Positions 31,953 to 32,000 of a stretch of 32,000 bases of DNA are shown here, piece by piece (the stretch's first letter is position 1; each line of letters opens with the position of its first letter). The translations under genes and the position numbers were made by a program. Origin of the DNA: an uncultured Candidatus Saccharimonas sp. (GTDB taxonomy: Bacteria > Patescibacteriota > Saccharimonadia > Saccharimonadales > Saccharimonadaceae); assembly GCA_963528875.1 (NCBI GenBank), contig CAURWT010000002.1:120001-152000 (forward strand). The letters are read 5' to 3'. The notes beneath the pieces were generated by a model. The model was given only the letters and a program-made list of their open reading frames with translations, searched no databases and was not told where the DNA came from.

Positions 31953-32000
31953 TTAGTTAGCACCAAATTTTCTGTTTGATTTAGTTGGATCGCTCGCAGT
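31953..32000 (-). CDS. 3' end of an unidentified gene (..TASDPTKSNRKFGAN*)
   Basis: Open frame from the window edge to a TAA at 31953-31955, directly followed by the terminator. Too short to identify. Confidence 0.3.
   Translation of the reverse strand, partial: TASDPTKSNRKFGAN

Noticed and set aside
1-32000. TTCGAA enrichment explained as tRNA T-loop (GGTTCGAATCC) remnants or dispersed tRNA-derived repeats.
   Set aside because: Only one tRNA is present, and its T-loop is TTCAAGT. The flanks of the motif are A/T runs (TTTCGAAA), not T-arm sequence. Most sites lie inside unrelated coding regions.
1-32000. CRISPR arrays, rRNA genes, IS elements or transposases, integrases, prophage genes and an alternative genetic code (UGA sense, as in some candidate phyla).
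   Set aside because: There are no regularly spaced repeats, no rRNA-like stretches and no transposase- or integrase-like ORFs in any frame. RF2 is intact and TGA terminates murD, the kinase gene and the uORF, so the standard code fits.

Overview
AT-rich, tightly packed bacterial chromosome segment, roughly one third G+C by eye. All genes are on the minus strand except a methyltransferase-rpmA pair. No rRNA, CRISPR array, transposase or integrase was seen. UGA is used as a stop codon and RF2 is present, so the standard code applies. The gene set suggests a reduced-genome, Gram-positive-like or Patescibacteria/Saccharibacteria-like organism, but taxonomy cannot be verified from here.

Housekeeping content:
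- dcw cell-wall/division cluster: rsmH, ftsL-like, ftsI, mraY, ftsW, murG, ftsQ-like. No mraZ was found.
- ftsE-ftsX followed by a PcsB-like coiled-coil CHAP hydrolase.
- glyQS, a TrmH-family methyltransferase, a CYTH-like protein, an S41 protease, recO, prfB, mscL, murD, rpmA and tRNA-Phe(GAA).
- A minimal histidine kinase and two receiver-only response regulators.

Accessory content between the dcw cluster and rpmA (about 8.9-14.7 kb):
- A two-gene operon: an uncharacterised 365-aa protein (possibly KwaB/DUF4868-like, from memory only) plus a Pif1/RecD-type SF1B helicase. This is the best candidate for an undescribed system.
- An 861-aa PHP-nuclease/ABC-ATPase fusion resembling the single-gene PplA (Gao_Ppl, TrlF-like) defence protein, behind an unusually long structured leader.
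- Elsewhere, an orphan small ABC-type ATPase (18.1-18.8 kb) and a sortase-signal surface protein (24.9-26.2 kb).

Two window-wide DNA-level signals:
- The palindrome TTCGAA, mostly as TTTCGAAA, is about 9-10 fold over-represented, in every reading frame and in non-coding DNA. It is absent from exactly the three accessory stretches.
- About a third of the genes have an extended -10 (TGnTATAAT) only 5-9 nt from the start codon, which implies widespread leaderless mRNAs.
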